IMG/VR virus record: IMGVR_UViG_3300031555_003626 | Span: 32,001 to 96,000 of that record | Origin: a virus | Taxonomy: Duplodnaviria > Caudoviricetes | Length of the DNA: 64,000 bases | Direction: 5' to 3' (one strand) | Shown here: positions 45,998 to 54,858 of the stretch, piece by piece | Layout of the letters: every line of letters begins with the position of its first letter | Numbering within the stretch: position 1 is the first letter of the stretch | Program-made: the position numbers and the translations under genes | The notes under the pieces: generated by a model | What the model was told of the DNA's origin: nothing | The model's input: only the letters and a program-made list of their open reading frames with translations | Databases searched by the model: none

Positions 45998-46552
45998 TTA
46001 GATTAATTCTTGAATCTTTTCAATAGCTATAGCAGTAAGCATTTCTTTGTCTGACTTTTGATTAGAATACTTAACAAAAGACCTTAGAACTAGATAGAGG
46101 TCTGTCATTGGGTTTATCTCAGCTGTAAATTTCTTTAAATTCTCACTAACTTCTTCTTGCCGTGCTAAATGCTCTGTTAGCTGACGTTGTGCAGCATCTT
46201 CCACATAAATTTCATAAGCGAGGCCGTCAGTTATTTTGTAGGCAGGAATCAAGGACTTTGCTTTGGTTGGAATAATAGAAAATTTAGTAGACTCACTTTC
46301 TACACCAATTCTATAATGGTTGCCGCTTCGATTACTTGTGATACCCGTCGGCTTAAGTATAATTTTGCCAGTTATTGTAGTATAATTACCTTCAGTTACA
46401 TAAGTACGGCCACCTGCTTCAATAGCTTGTTGAATTAGCTTTTGCTGATAGTTCTCTGCATCTGCTTTATCGAGGTAAGACAAACAGAGAAAAACCTCAC
46501 AGGTGTTTTTGTCGGACAGCTTTGCTTGCTTGTAAATGGTACAGTAAAACAT
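45998..46552 (-). CDS. hypothetical protein, paralogue of 49390..50007
   Basis: AAGGAGG RBS on the minus strand; shared MFYCT.YK start and KY..QK.DK..L.A.A..KIQ end. Confidence 0.8.
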   Translation of the reverse strand: MFYCTIYKQAKLSDKNTCEVFLCLSYLDKADAENYQQKLIQQAIEAGGRTYVTEGNYTTITGKIILKPTGITSNRSGNHYRIGVESESTKFSIIPTKAKSLIPAYKITDGLAYEIYVEDAAQRQLTEHLARQEEVSENLKKFTAEINPMTDLYLVLRSFVKYSNQKSDKEMLTAIAIEKIQELI

Positions 46553-46585
46553 ATTAAATTCCTCCTTTAAAATTTATTTAAGTTT

Positions 46586-46614
46586 ATATTACCATAACTG
46601 GTGTAATTTGTAAA
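46586..46614 (-). promoter_or_regulatory. sigmaA-type promoter
   Basis: TTTACA-17 nt-TAATAT with TG extension on the minus strand. Confidence 0.6.
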
Positions 46615-46698
46615 TAGCTAAATTTTAATTTTTTATAATTCTTTCTCCACCAGTATTGTATTATAAAATATATAGAATTTATTTTGGAGGAAAGCTAT

Positions 46699-47151
46699 AT
46701 GAAAAAAGAATGGTTTGATAAGCTTAGTGAAATAGATAAAGCTAATGAAACTATTATTGGAATATCGGAGCTAAGGCCTTATTTGTATAATAGAACACTG
46801 CTGTATGGATATACTTGCGAAAGAGAAACTTTCCACGTCTATATAAAAGACCAGAAAATTTATACAGTAATCTATGACACAGATTATTCAATAAGCTACG
46901 AAAAAGAACTCTCAAGCTTTATGCGAGGTGATCCTAAGCCTAAGAATATGCGACAGATTGAAGTAAAATCTAACAGCGATTTTGTTCCTAATAAGAGACT
47001 TTATCCAGAAAGGTGTGATTATCACTTCTGCCGTGCGTTAAAAGAAAGAGGAATCGACCTTCCTTTTACGCACTGGAGTGAAGAAGTACAACCCAATGAA
47101 AAAGGCTACTACGGCTTTATCTTAGAGGACGCAAAAAATAAGGAGGACTAG
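46699..47151 (+). CDS. hypothetical protein
   Basis: GGAGG RBS; TATTGTATTAT motif at 46654. Confidence 0.7.
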   Translation: MKKEWFDKLSEIDKANETIIGISELRPYLYNRTLLYGYTCERETFHVYIKDQKIYTVIYDTDYSISYEKELSSFMRGDPKPKNMRQIEVKSNSDFVPNKRLYPERCDYHFCRALKERGIDLPFTHWSEEVQPNEKGYYGFILEDAKNKED

Positions 47152-47156
47152 GTAGT

Positions 47157-47312
47157 ATGGATAGATATGATTTTATGTCAATGGTTGATGATATGTTTAA
47201 AGAGTGTGACTCTGTTGAAGAAGTGGCAATCCGCTATGTACAAATGAAAAAAGATTTAGACAGTTTATATTTGCAAAATATAGCACTCAGACAGACAGAA
47301 ACAAATTCTTAA
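47157..47312 (+). CDS. small hypothetical protein (51 aa), not in ORF track
   Basis: AGGAGG RBS; MDRYDFMSMVDDMFKECDSVEEVAIRY. Confidence 0.6.
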   Translation: MDRYDFMSMVDDMFKECDSVEEVAIRYVQMKKDLDSLYLQNIALRQTETNS

Positions 47313-47419
47313 AAGAACAAACGAACAATGCTGAGCTTATTATATCTGTTTATTAACGGCGAGCCTTCTGGAGAAGGTGTAGCAATTAATACTACTTCTG
47401 AAGTTTAATTAAAAATATT

Positions 47420-47458
47420 AAAAGAGTCATTTTGTATTAACAGATGACTCTTTTTTTT
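47420..47458 (+). terminator. intrinsic terminator
   Basis: AAAAGAGTCAT/ATGACTCTTTT plus T run. Confidence 0.75.
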
Positions 47459-47525
47459 ATTAATTTATTAAATTAATAATTTGTATATCGTATTATAAAA
47501 TACGAAACAATTAAGGAGGACACAA

Positions 47526-48638
47526 ATGATTTATACCTATCAGAAAAAACTTAAAGGCAAAAAGGTTGGTATTGTCTTTGGAACTTTTGCTCCTTTGCAT
47601 CAGGGACACCTTGATGTTATTATGAGAGCTAAGAAAGAATGTGACGGCGGTTGTATTGTAATTGTCGATGGTCGAGAGGGAGACCGTGGCGGTGAGAAGA
47701 TGCCTCTGAGACGTCGTTATCGTTATGTAAGAGAATTCTTCGCTGATGACGACCTTGTTGCTGTTTATCCCATAGACGAGACTGAAAAGAATATTCCTGC
47801 TTATCCTAATGGCTGGCTTCCGTTTCTTGAGGTTGTAAAAGACATCTTCAGAAATGGCACTGAGGAATATCCTGAACCGGTTTTCTATGTTAGTGAAGCC
47901 GCTTATCATGCTCGACTTACAGAAGAAGGTTTTGAAGTAGTCCTTCTTGACCGCACTGAAAATCCCATCTCAGCTACAATGATAAGAGAAAATCCTATTA
48001 AGTACTGGGACAAAATTACTTTTCCTTTTAGAAGAGTATTCAGTACTAATATTCTTATTTGCGGAACTGCGAGCGAAGGAAAGACTACTCTGGTAAAAGA
48101 CCTTGGTAAATATTTCAATGCGCCTTATTCTCATGAGTATGCCAGAGACTATATGGGAGAGAGTTATATTTCTGAATGGGAACTCGATGGTGCTGACTAT
48201 CTTGCTTTTCTCGACGGACAGTATCAGATGAATAAAAAGTTGATTAATTCACCGAGTAATCAGGGAATCTTCTTTGCTGACTCTGACAGTATGACTACCC
48301 GTATGTATGCTGAGTACTATCACAGAGACCCTGAGCTTGACCTTACTGAAGAAGAGTTCAAAGATATTGCTGTTGCTGCAGATGCTATTACTAAGAAATG
48401 CCGTTGGGATAAGATTTATCTTCTTTGTCCACACGGAACTTTTGTAGACGATCACACTCGTTATATGGAGTTCAGTGGTATGGACGAGAGAAGAGAACTC
48501 TTTGAAATTCTTTGTAATAACATAAAAGCTTCCGGAAACTGGGATAAAGTAGTTATTCTCGACGGCGGATATTATAATAACTTTAAGAAAATTGTTGATG
48601 ATGTAAAGGAGATTATTGAAAATGGTAAAATGGCTTAA
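47526..48638 (+). CDS. nadR: NadR-type NMN adenylyltransferase / ribosylnicotinamide kinase (no HTH)
   Basis: GTFAPLHQGH (HxGH), ISATMIR, P-loop GTASEGKTT, EYAR. Confidence 0.9.
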   Translation: MIYTYQKKLKGKKVGIVFGTFAPLHQGHLDVIMRAKKECDGGCIVIVDGREGDRGGEKMPLRRRYRYVREFFADDDLVAVYPIDETEKNIPAYPNGWLPFLEVVKDIFRNGTEEYPEPVFYVSEAAYHARLTEEGFEVVLLDRTENPISATMIRENPIKYWDKITFPFRRVFSTNILICGTASEGKTTLVKDLGKYFNAPYSHEYARDYMGESYISEWELDGADYLAFLDGQYQMNKKLINSPSNQGIFFADSDSMTTRMYAEYYHRDPELDLTEEEFKDIAVAADAITKKCRWDKIYLLCPHGTFVDDHTRYMEFSGMDERRELFEILCNNIKASGNWDKVVILDGGYYNNFKKIVDDVKEIIENGKMA

Positions 48639-49299
48639 GAACGAATTTTGGAACGGTTATACTGCTTTTGAGAAGATCTTTTTCGCTTCTCTTATTCTGC
48701 TTCAGGTAATTATGTATTTCATTGTACCTGACTCTGCTATCGGAATTGTCTGTGGACTTGCTGGAGTTATCTGCGTTGCCCTGACAGCGAAAGGAAAGAT
48801 TTCCTCTTACTTCTTCAACTTCCTTCAGATGGTTACATATATGATTATCTGTTGGGACCTTGCACTCTATCTTGAGTTCGGTGAACAGGTGTTCTACTTC
48901 ATTGTTTGTATCTTCGGCGTCTTTATGTGGAAAAAGAATATGACTAAAAATGAAGACGGCTCTGAACAGGTTAAGGCGAAGAAGTTTAAGCTTTGGCAGT
49001 GGCTTGTGTCTGCTGGCGTAGTTGCAATTAGTACATTCCTTCTTGGTTTCTTCGGCGAAGCAGTTCTCGGAAGCACTCTTCCTTATCTTGACGCTATGAC
49101 TGTTGCTCTTGCTGTTATTGCTCAGCTTCTTATGGTTTGGAGATACAGAGAACAGTGGGCTTGCTGGATTCTTATCGATGTAGCAAGTTTGGTTATGTTT
49201 ATTATTCTCGGTCAGTGGTCTATGGTTGCTATGTATATCGCTTGGACTGCTAATGCTTTCTATGGTTGGTATAACTGGACTAAACTTCAGAGAGCTTAA
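48622..49299 (+). CDS. pnuC: nicotinamide riboside transporter
   Basis: Multiple TM helices; YLDA, AQLLM..RYREQW..W; coupled to nadR. Confidence 0.88.
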   Translation: MVKWLKNEFWNGYTAFEKIFFASLILLQVIMYFIVPDSAIGIVCGLAGVICVALTAKGKISSYFFNFLQMVTYMIICWDLALYLEFGEQVFYFIVCIFGVFMWKKNMTKNEDGSEQVKAKKFKLWQWLVSAGVVAISTFLLGFFGEAVLGSTLPYLDAMTVALAVIAQLLMVWRYREQWACWILIDVASLVMFIILGQWSMVAMYIAWTANAFYGWYNWTKLQRA

Positions 49300-49307
49300 T
49301 AAATTAG

Positions 49308-49345
49308 AAAGCTTGGAGGATTAATTGCTTCCAAGCTTCTTTTTT
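49308..49345 (+). terminator. intrinsic terminator
   Basis: AAGCTTGGAG/TTCCAAGCTT stem plus T run. Confidence 0.7.
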
Positions 49346-49354
49346 GCTAAATTA
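49346..49354 (+). promoter_or_regulatory. putative late promoter GCTAAATTA
   Basis: Recurrent motif. Confidence 0.6.
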
Positions 49355-49389
49355 TATAGTTAAAAAATTCTTAAGGAGATTTTTATATT

Positions 49390-50007
49390 ATGTTTTATTG
49401 CACTTTGTATAAATCATATAATAGAGTGAATACTAAGAATAAAACTTTTGAGCTTTCTACTTGTCTTGCTTATGCTTCTGAGATTGACGCGGAGGATATG
49501 AAGAATAGACTATTACAGCAAGCTTCTAAGGCTGGAGCTTCTATTATAGAAGACTCGGGTAATTATATCACCTTCTATGGTTCTATTTATTTTACTGGTT
49601 TTGGATTTGCAAGCGGTAAAAATTTTGGCTCTAATCTGTATTCTATTGGGGTAGAGAATACAGAAACACGATTCTCTAAGCTGATACCTGAAACAAGAAA
49701 TACTGTTGACCTTAGAAAAATACTTGATGGAGCAGACTTTGAGAGAAAAGCTCAGGGATACACACAGCATATAAAAGATCTTAAGAAAGCAGAACAAGAT
49801 AAAATTAATGATAATCTGTCTCGCTTTGAACAAGAAGTTGCTAATGAAACTGACCTTACAAAAATTCTCACTTCATTACTTAAATATGCCGGACAGAAAA
49901 CAGATAAGCAAAAACTTATTGCTTTAGCAGTTAAGAAGATTCAGAGTAAAACCGACCCAGCAGAAGAGACTGACTGGTATAATGAATTATCAGATATAAA
50001 TAATTAA
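49390..50007 (+). CDS. hypothetical protein, paralogue of 45998..46552
   Basis: Aligns by eye over the full length. Confidence 0.8.
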   Translation: MFYCTLYKSYNRVNTKNKTFELSTCLAYASEIDAEDMKNRLLQQASKAGASIIEDSGNYITFYGSIYFTGFGFASGKNFGSNLYSIGVENTETRFSKLIPETRNTVDLRKILDGADFERKAQGYTQHIKDLKKAEQDKINDNLSRFEQEVANETDLTKILTSLLKYAGQKTDKQKLIALAVKKIQSKTDPAEETDWYNELSDINN

Positions 50008-50013
50008 AATAAT

Positions 50014-50052
50014 AAAAGCTTAGAGAATAAAATCTTTAAGCTTTTTCTTTTT
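50014..50052 (+). terminator. intrinsic terminator
   Basis: AAAAGCTTAGAGA/TCTTTAAGCTTTT. Confidence 0.7.
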
Positions 50053-50306
50053 CGCCAGCATGAAAAAATATATGAGTTAAAGTTCTACCTTAATCTCATA
50101 TATAAAACAATATAATAAATAGAGCATATAGAAAATGAGTTTAAGTTTTATATAGAGAAAAGCATAACTCATTTATATTTTCTTTATATTAAACTAACTA
50201 CTTCTAATTCTTCTAACTATATAGAATAGGCGAAACCTTTCTTTTTTCTTCCTAAAGCCTAATAACTTATCAGATTATTAAAATAATAATTAATTAAAAT
50301 AGTTAT

Positions 50307-50315
50307 GCTAAATTA
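50307..50315 (+). promoter_or_regulatory. putative late promoter GCTAAATTA
   Basis: Recurrent motif. Confidence 0.55.
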
Positions 50316-50413
50316 ATTGAATGGGAAAAATAGAATGCGTGAAATAGACTCAAAAATAAAATACTTGCTTCTAAGCTCTTTCTTAGGAGCTTTTATTATA
50401 AGGAGATTAACCT

Positions 50414-51229
50414 ATGGAATTAAGAGAATGGCAGTATATGAGTAAGCCTGCTAGTAATTCAGGAAGCTATAAGAAAAGATTTGAAAAACTTATTAAATAT
50501 CATATAGACCATGCTTCTTCTGAACTTGAGAGTATTACGAGAAAAGATATTTCTGATAGGTACTTCCGCCTTAGCGAGCATTATAACGATGGCTCTAAAG
50601 AATTTGATAGGAGCATTATAGTAGCGGTCGATACGAGTACCGAAGAATTCGAAATACATATTTTTATAGACCATGAGGAAGTAGAGAGTATTCAACGTAA
50701 GGGCTATGAAAATTTCGTAGCCGCTATTGAGCCTTATATGTTTCTTCCTGACTCTGGGACTCAGGAGTATGATGACTTACTAGTAGAATGGATTGTCATG
50801 AATAATTCTACAACAAGTAGTTCTCAGCCGGCTTCAGTAGTTTCTTCTAAAACTAATAAAGAAAAATTTATAGAGCTTATTGCTTATATGGTTAATCATA
50901 AAGCTTCAGATGTTATTGCAACTGAAGAGTCTAGACTAGATAATACAGGTTTTCATTATAAGGAACATCATAAGCCGGCTAATGAAAAAGATCATGAAAT
51001 CGAAGTTAAGGTAGGCTGCAGTAGATTTAAAGATTTATTTTCTATTTATATTTTTAAAGACGGTAAACAGATAATGACTTATATGGCTAGCGGGTGGGAA
51101 GAACTGCTAAAGTACCTTAAAGGTTATTTTAGTGTTCCTAGCTATGGAAGTCCGGAACATAAGAGTTTATGTGAATCCGCTTCTTCTATAGCAGAAGACT
51201 TTAAGACTTACGAAAATCTTTGGGATTAA
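50414..51229 (+). CDS. protein made of two tandem homologous domains
   Basis: KKRFEKLIKYHIDH...IHIFID...KGYENF...P..G.QEY versus KEKFIELIAYMVNH...IYIFKD...SGWEEL...P..G.PEH. Confidence 0.75.
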   Translation: MELREWQYMSKPASNSGSYKKRFEKLIKYHIDHASSELESITRKDISDRYFRLSEHYNDGSKEFDRSIIVAVDTSTEEFEIHIFIDHEEVESIQRKGYENFVAAIEPYMFLPDSGTQEYDDLLVEWIVMNNSTTSSSQPASVVSSKTNKEKFIELIAYMVNHKASDVIATEESRLDNTGFHYKEHHKPANEKDHEIEVKVGCSRFKDLFSIYIFKDGKQIMTYMASGWEELLKYLKGYFSVPSYGSPEHKSLCESASSIAEDFKTYENLWD

Positions 51230-51259
51230 AAAATATTAGAAAGGCAGAAAAAATATTTT

Positions 51260-51796
51260 ATGAACTTACTAAATGCCTTCGGGCTACTGAATATGATTAA
51301 TGAAGGCGGAGCAGACTATCAGAAAGAATATAAAGAATATGTTATTGCTCATAAAGAAAGAGTTTCTCAATTTTCTTCTTGGCTTAAGGAGAATTGCCCG
51401 GACCTTTTTGAGAATATAGATATTGATGTATTTGATGATCTCATAGCCGAGCATGATGAGTCTAAGTTCTCAGAAGAAGAGTTCGAGCCTTATGCTCAGA
51501 GATGGCACGGAGATAAGAAGAAGACTCCTGAGTACGAGAGGGCCTGGGAACATCACTGGCAGAACAATGAGCATCACCCTGAGTACTGGCTCGGAGAGGA
51601 TATGCCTTATGTCTATATTCTTGAGATGATTTGCGACTGGGGAAGTTTTTCTATAGCTTCCGGAGATATGAAAGAACTTTCTGAGTTTTATTATAATAAG
51701 GCTAAAGAAGACCCCGAGAAAAATCTTTCTGATGCTACCCAGGAAATAATAGAAGACCTGCTTGTGAAAATAAATTCAGCAGCTGGAATTGAATAA
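51260..51796 (+). CDS. HD-like metal-dependent protein (DUF5662-like)
   Basis: AHK, HDESKF, WEHHWQNNEHHPEYW, EMICDW. Confidence 0.7.
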   Translation: MNLLNAFGLLNMINEGGADYQKEYKEYVIAHKERVSQFSSWLKENCPDLFENIDIDVFDDLIAEHDESKFSEEEFEPYAQRWHGDKKKTPEYERAWEHHWQNNEHHPEYWLGEDMPYVYILEMICDWGSFSIASGDMKELSEFYYNKAKEDPEKNLSDATQEIIEDLLVKINSAAGIE

Positions 51797-51866
51797 TTTT
51801 TATTGACCTCTTATTTTATTATAAGGGGTCTAATTATTTTTATGAGCTCATATTTTTATTCAGGTC

Positions 51867-52170
51867 GCACGAAAGGTAGTTGGTCTATAAACTTTATAAG
51901 GCCGAGAGGGAAAACGCGACAGGAAGAGAATTTGGGCTTCTGGTGAATGTTTTAAAAATATTATACTGCTCTGGAATTGTTTACGAAATGTTTACAATTT
52001 CGTGTGGCGCGTTTTAAGGTACCTCTGGCACGTTTAAATGCCTTGGGTATATAAACAGTAGGGTACTAGTATACAACTGCAATACAAAGAGAATTTGGTA
52101 TGCTAGAATGCGTTCTGGCGGTTCTCCCGCCACCTGTAAAATTAAAAGTTTACGAAATGTTCACAATTTC
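51867..52170. repeat. degenerate ~165-bp tandem duplication in a non-coding block
   Basis: GCACG (51867/52028), TATAAAC (51886/52050), AAGAGAATTTGG (51924/52087) and GTTTACGAAATGTTYACAATTTC (51979/52148). Confidence 0.75.
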
Positions 52171-52559
52171 ATTAATTTATTAATTTATTAAATTAATAGC
52201 CCGCCCATATAAATAATATAAAATTTTCTAAAAATTTTTTTAATAATTTATTAAATTACTATAATATATACTGTATATTATAATAGATAGATCTTTTAAA
52301 TATTTTATTTTAACTGTAGTTATAGACTGAGGCCTTTAGGCCGAAGGCTATGCGGCTTGCCGCAATACTAAAAAAATTCTCAAAAACCAAAAATAAAAAT
52401 ATAGAATATATAGAAATATAAATATATCTATTATAGATCTATAATATAGCCCTGGAGTATTATTATATATAGGACTAGAGCGTGCGTGCGCATGGTGCGC
52501 GCGTGCAAATAATTTTTTAGAAATTTTCAAAAAATCAGATTTTTCAGTTAGGAGCATAC

Positions 52560-52868
52560 ATGAAGACAGTAATTAACCATAAATCAGCAATTATTAGATG
52601 CCCACATTGTGGAGCAGAATATCTTCCTGGGGAGATTTATATGCCTGGTTCTCTTATAGGCCAACCAGATGAAGTAGTAAAAGATTCTTTAGGTAAGATC
52701 ATCTATGAAGATTATTATACTGAAACTAGAGAGCCAGACATGACAGAAAGCTTTATTTGTGACTACTGTGATAAGCCCTTTGTTGTTGAAGCTACAGTTA
52801 CATATAAAACTAGAGAAGAAGCCCCTGAAAAGGATTTTTCTACCCAGTATGTCTCACTTTTAGATTAA
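52560..52868 (+). CDS. zinc-ribbon protein
   Basis: CPHC...CDYC; AGGAG RBS. Confidence 0.7.
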   Translation: MKTVINHKSAIIRCPHCGAEYLPGEIYMPGSLIGQPDEVVKDSLGKIIYEDYYTETREPDMTESFICDYCDKPFVVEATVTYKTREEAPEKDFSTQYVSLLD

Positions 52869-53069
52869 TTACACCTTTTTCTAGCTAAAATTCGAGCTAA
52901 TTTGCACCTTTTTGCGCTTTTTAGTCGAATTTTGGCTATTTCCTTACGCGCATGCGTATATGCGCGCGAGACTTCCGAAATTTCGATAATCTCAAAAATC
53001 TCGTTTCTGTAACTTTCGAGATTTCGGTAATCTCGTTTATTTCATTCCGTAACTTAGGAGATTTCATTA

Positions 53070-54797
53070 ATGATTAGAATCTTTGAGATCTCGCCGCCAA
53101 AGAAAATATCAGGTCTATCTTCCTTGATAGTTGACTTCAACTTTAATCAATACATAGTAGACTCTATTAAGACTATACCTACAGCACACTATCATAAGAA
53201 AGAGAAATGCTGGGAACTTCCGATTTGTTATCTCGGCCGATTATTAGATAGTCTTACTTTCTTGGACGAGATACAACTTAAATTATTAGATACGCCGAAA
53301 TCTGGCGAATTTCATTTTAACAAACATTTTAACCTGGAGCCACTTTCTGAAATTGAGAAAGTTTCGTTCAAGATGAAACCTTTCGAACATCAGCTCGAGG
53401 CTATTAACTTTGGGTTAGACAAAGAGAAGTGGCTTCTTCTGGACTCTATGGGTCTAGGAAAGACGAACTCTATTATCTGGCTCGCTGAGACTCTTAAGAG
53501 GAGAGGGATAATTGATCACTGTTTCATTATCTGCGGAGTCAACTCTCTGAAACAGAACTGGAAGAAAGAGATTCAGAAGTTCTCGACCGAGTCAGCTGTT
53601 GTCTTAGGAGAGTACATAACCCGAAACGGAACTACTCGTTACAGGTCTATGGACAAGAGAGCACAGCAGCTCAAGGATCCAATAGAGGAATTCTTTGTTA
53701 TCACCAACTTAGAAAGTCTCAGAGACGACCGGATCATCGAAGCCTTCAATAAGTCGGCTAACAAGTTCGGCATGATCGCTTTCGACGAAGCCCATAAGGC
53801 AGCGACTAAGACTTCTCAGCAGGGAACTAACCTGCTAAAGCTAGAAGCTCCCTTTAAGATTGCAGCAACCGGAACTTTGATTACTAATAATCCCCTCTCC
53901 GCATATGTCCCTCTCTCGTGGACTGGTAATGATGAGTCGACTCTCACGAACTACAAATCTCAGTACTGTAATTTCGGAGGTTTCAAAAATAACCAAGTTA
54001 TTGGCTTCAAGAATCTAGATGTCCTCCAGGAAGTTATTAAGTCGTGTTCACTTAGAAGAACTCTGGATCAAGTAAGATCTGACATGCCACCGAAGACAGT
54101 AACCCTGGAACTTCTAGAGCCGGAAGACGATCAGCGTAAGTTCTATGAAGCAATCAAAGAAGGAGTCAAGGAAGAAGCCGACAAGATTGAACTTAAGACC
54201 TCGAGCCTCCTTGCTCTTACTACTAGACTTAGACAAGCATCCGCATGTCCGAGTATCCTGACTACTCAACCCGTAAGTTCATGCAAAGTAGATCGCTGTC
54301 TAGAGCTGATCCAAGAACTTACTTCTCAAGGAGAGAAGGTTGTGGTACTCTCAGTGTTTAAAGAAACTCTAAATGAGCTCGCAGCGAAACTCGACGAATT
54401 TCGTTTTAGTATAAATACCGGTGATGTCCCAGATCCGGTAGTTGCTAGTAACGTAGCTAGATTCCAAGATGATCCTAATGAACAAGTATTCATTGGTACT
54501 TGGGGAAAGGTCGGAACCGGCTGGACTCTTAACTCTGCTTCCTACCTTATCTGTCTAGATACACCTTACACTGCTGCGATGTTCGACCAAGGAGTAGACC
54601 GCATATATCGTGTAAATAATACTCGTCCAGCTTTTATCACTGTTTTAATTTGTCGAGATACTATTGATGAAAGAGTGCAACAAATTATCGAGTCAAAGAA
54701 GGAACTTGGTAATTACCTGATAGATGGTATTGAGTCTAGCAATATAACAAATAATTTACTCGATGATGAGCTAAGAGCAATTATCAGAGATTTGTGA
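53070..54797 (+). CDS. SNF2-family helicase
   Basis: DSMGLGKT, DEAH, TGT, SLRR, GTGWTL, QGVDRIYR. Confidence 0.9.
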   Translation: MIRIFEISPPKKISGLSSLIVDFNFNQYIVDSIKTIPTAHYHKKEKCWELPICYLGRLLDSLTFLDEIQLKLLDTPKSGEFHFNKHFNLEPLSEIEKVSFKMKPFEHQLEAINFGLDKEKWLLLDSMGLGKTNSIIWLAETLKRRGIIDHCFIICGVNSLKQNWKKEIQKFSTESAVVLGEYITRNGTTRYRSMDKRAQQLKDPIEEFFVITNLESLRDDRIIEAFNKSANKFGMIAFDEAHKAATKTSQQGTNLLKLEAPFKIAATGTLITNNPLSAYVPLSWTGNDESTLTNYKSQYCNFGGFKNNQVIGFKNLDVLQEVIKSCSLRRTLDQVRSDMPPKTVTLELLEPEDDQRKFYEAIKEGVKEEADKIELKTSSLLALTTRLRQASACPSILTTQPVSSCKVDRCLELIQELTSQGEKVVVLSVFKETLNELAAKLDEFRFSINTGDVPDPVVASNVARFQDDPNEQVFIGTWGKVGTGWTLNSASYLICLDTPYTAAMFDQGVDRIYRVNNTRPAFITVLICRDTIDERVQQIIESKKELGNYLIDGIESSNITNNLLDDELRAIIRDL

Positions 54798-54821
54798 TAG
54801 AATTTCGCGAGTAAAAAATAA

Positions 54822-54830
54822 GCTAAATTA
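54822..54830 (+). promoter_or_regulatory. putative late promoter GCTAAATTA
   Basis: Upstream of the HNH gene. Confidence 0.55.
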
Positions 54831-54858
54831 AATGAAGTATTTTAAGGAGCTTATTTAA

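Noticed and set aside
45998-50007. Invertible segment bounded by the inverted paralogues
   Set aside because: Similarity is at protein level; no long exact inverted repeat or recombinase gene was seen.
51867-52170. Possible CRISPR mini-array
   Set aside because: Only two 23-bp copies about 169 bp apart with homologous intervening sequence; no cas genes.
52348-52557. 69-aa minus-strand ORF
   Set aside because: Low-complexity AT-rich sequence with no RBS; probably non-coding.
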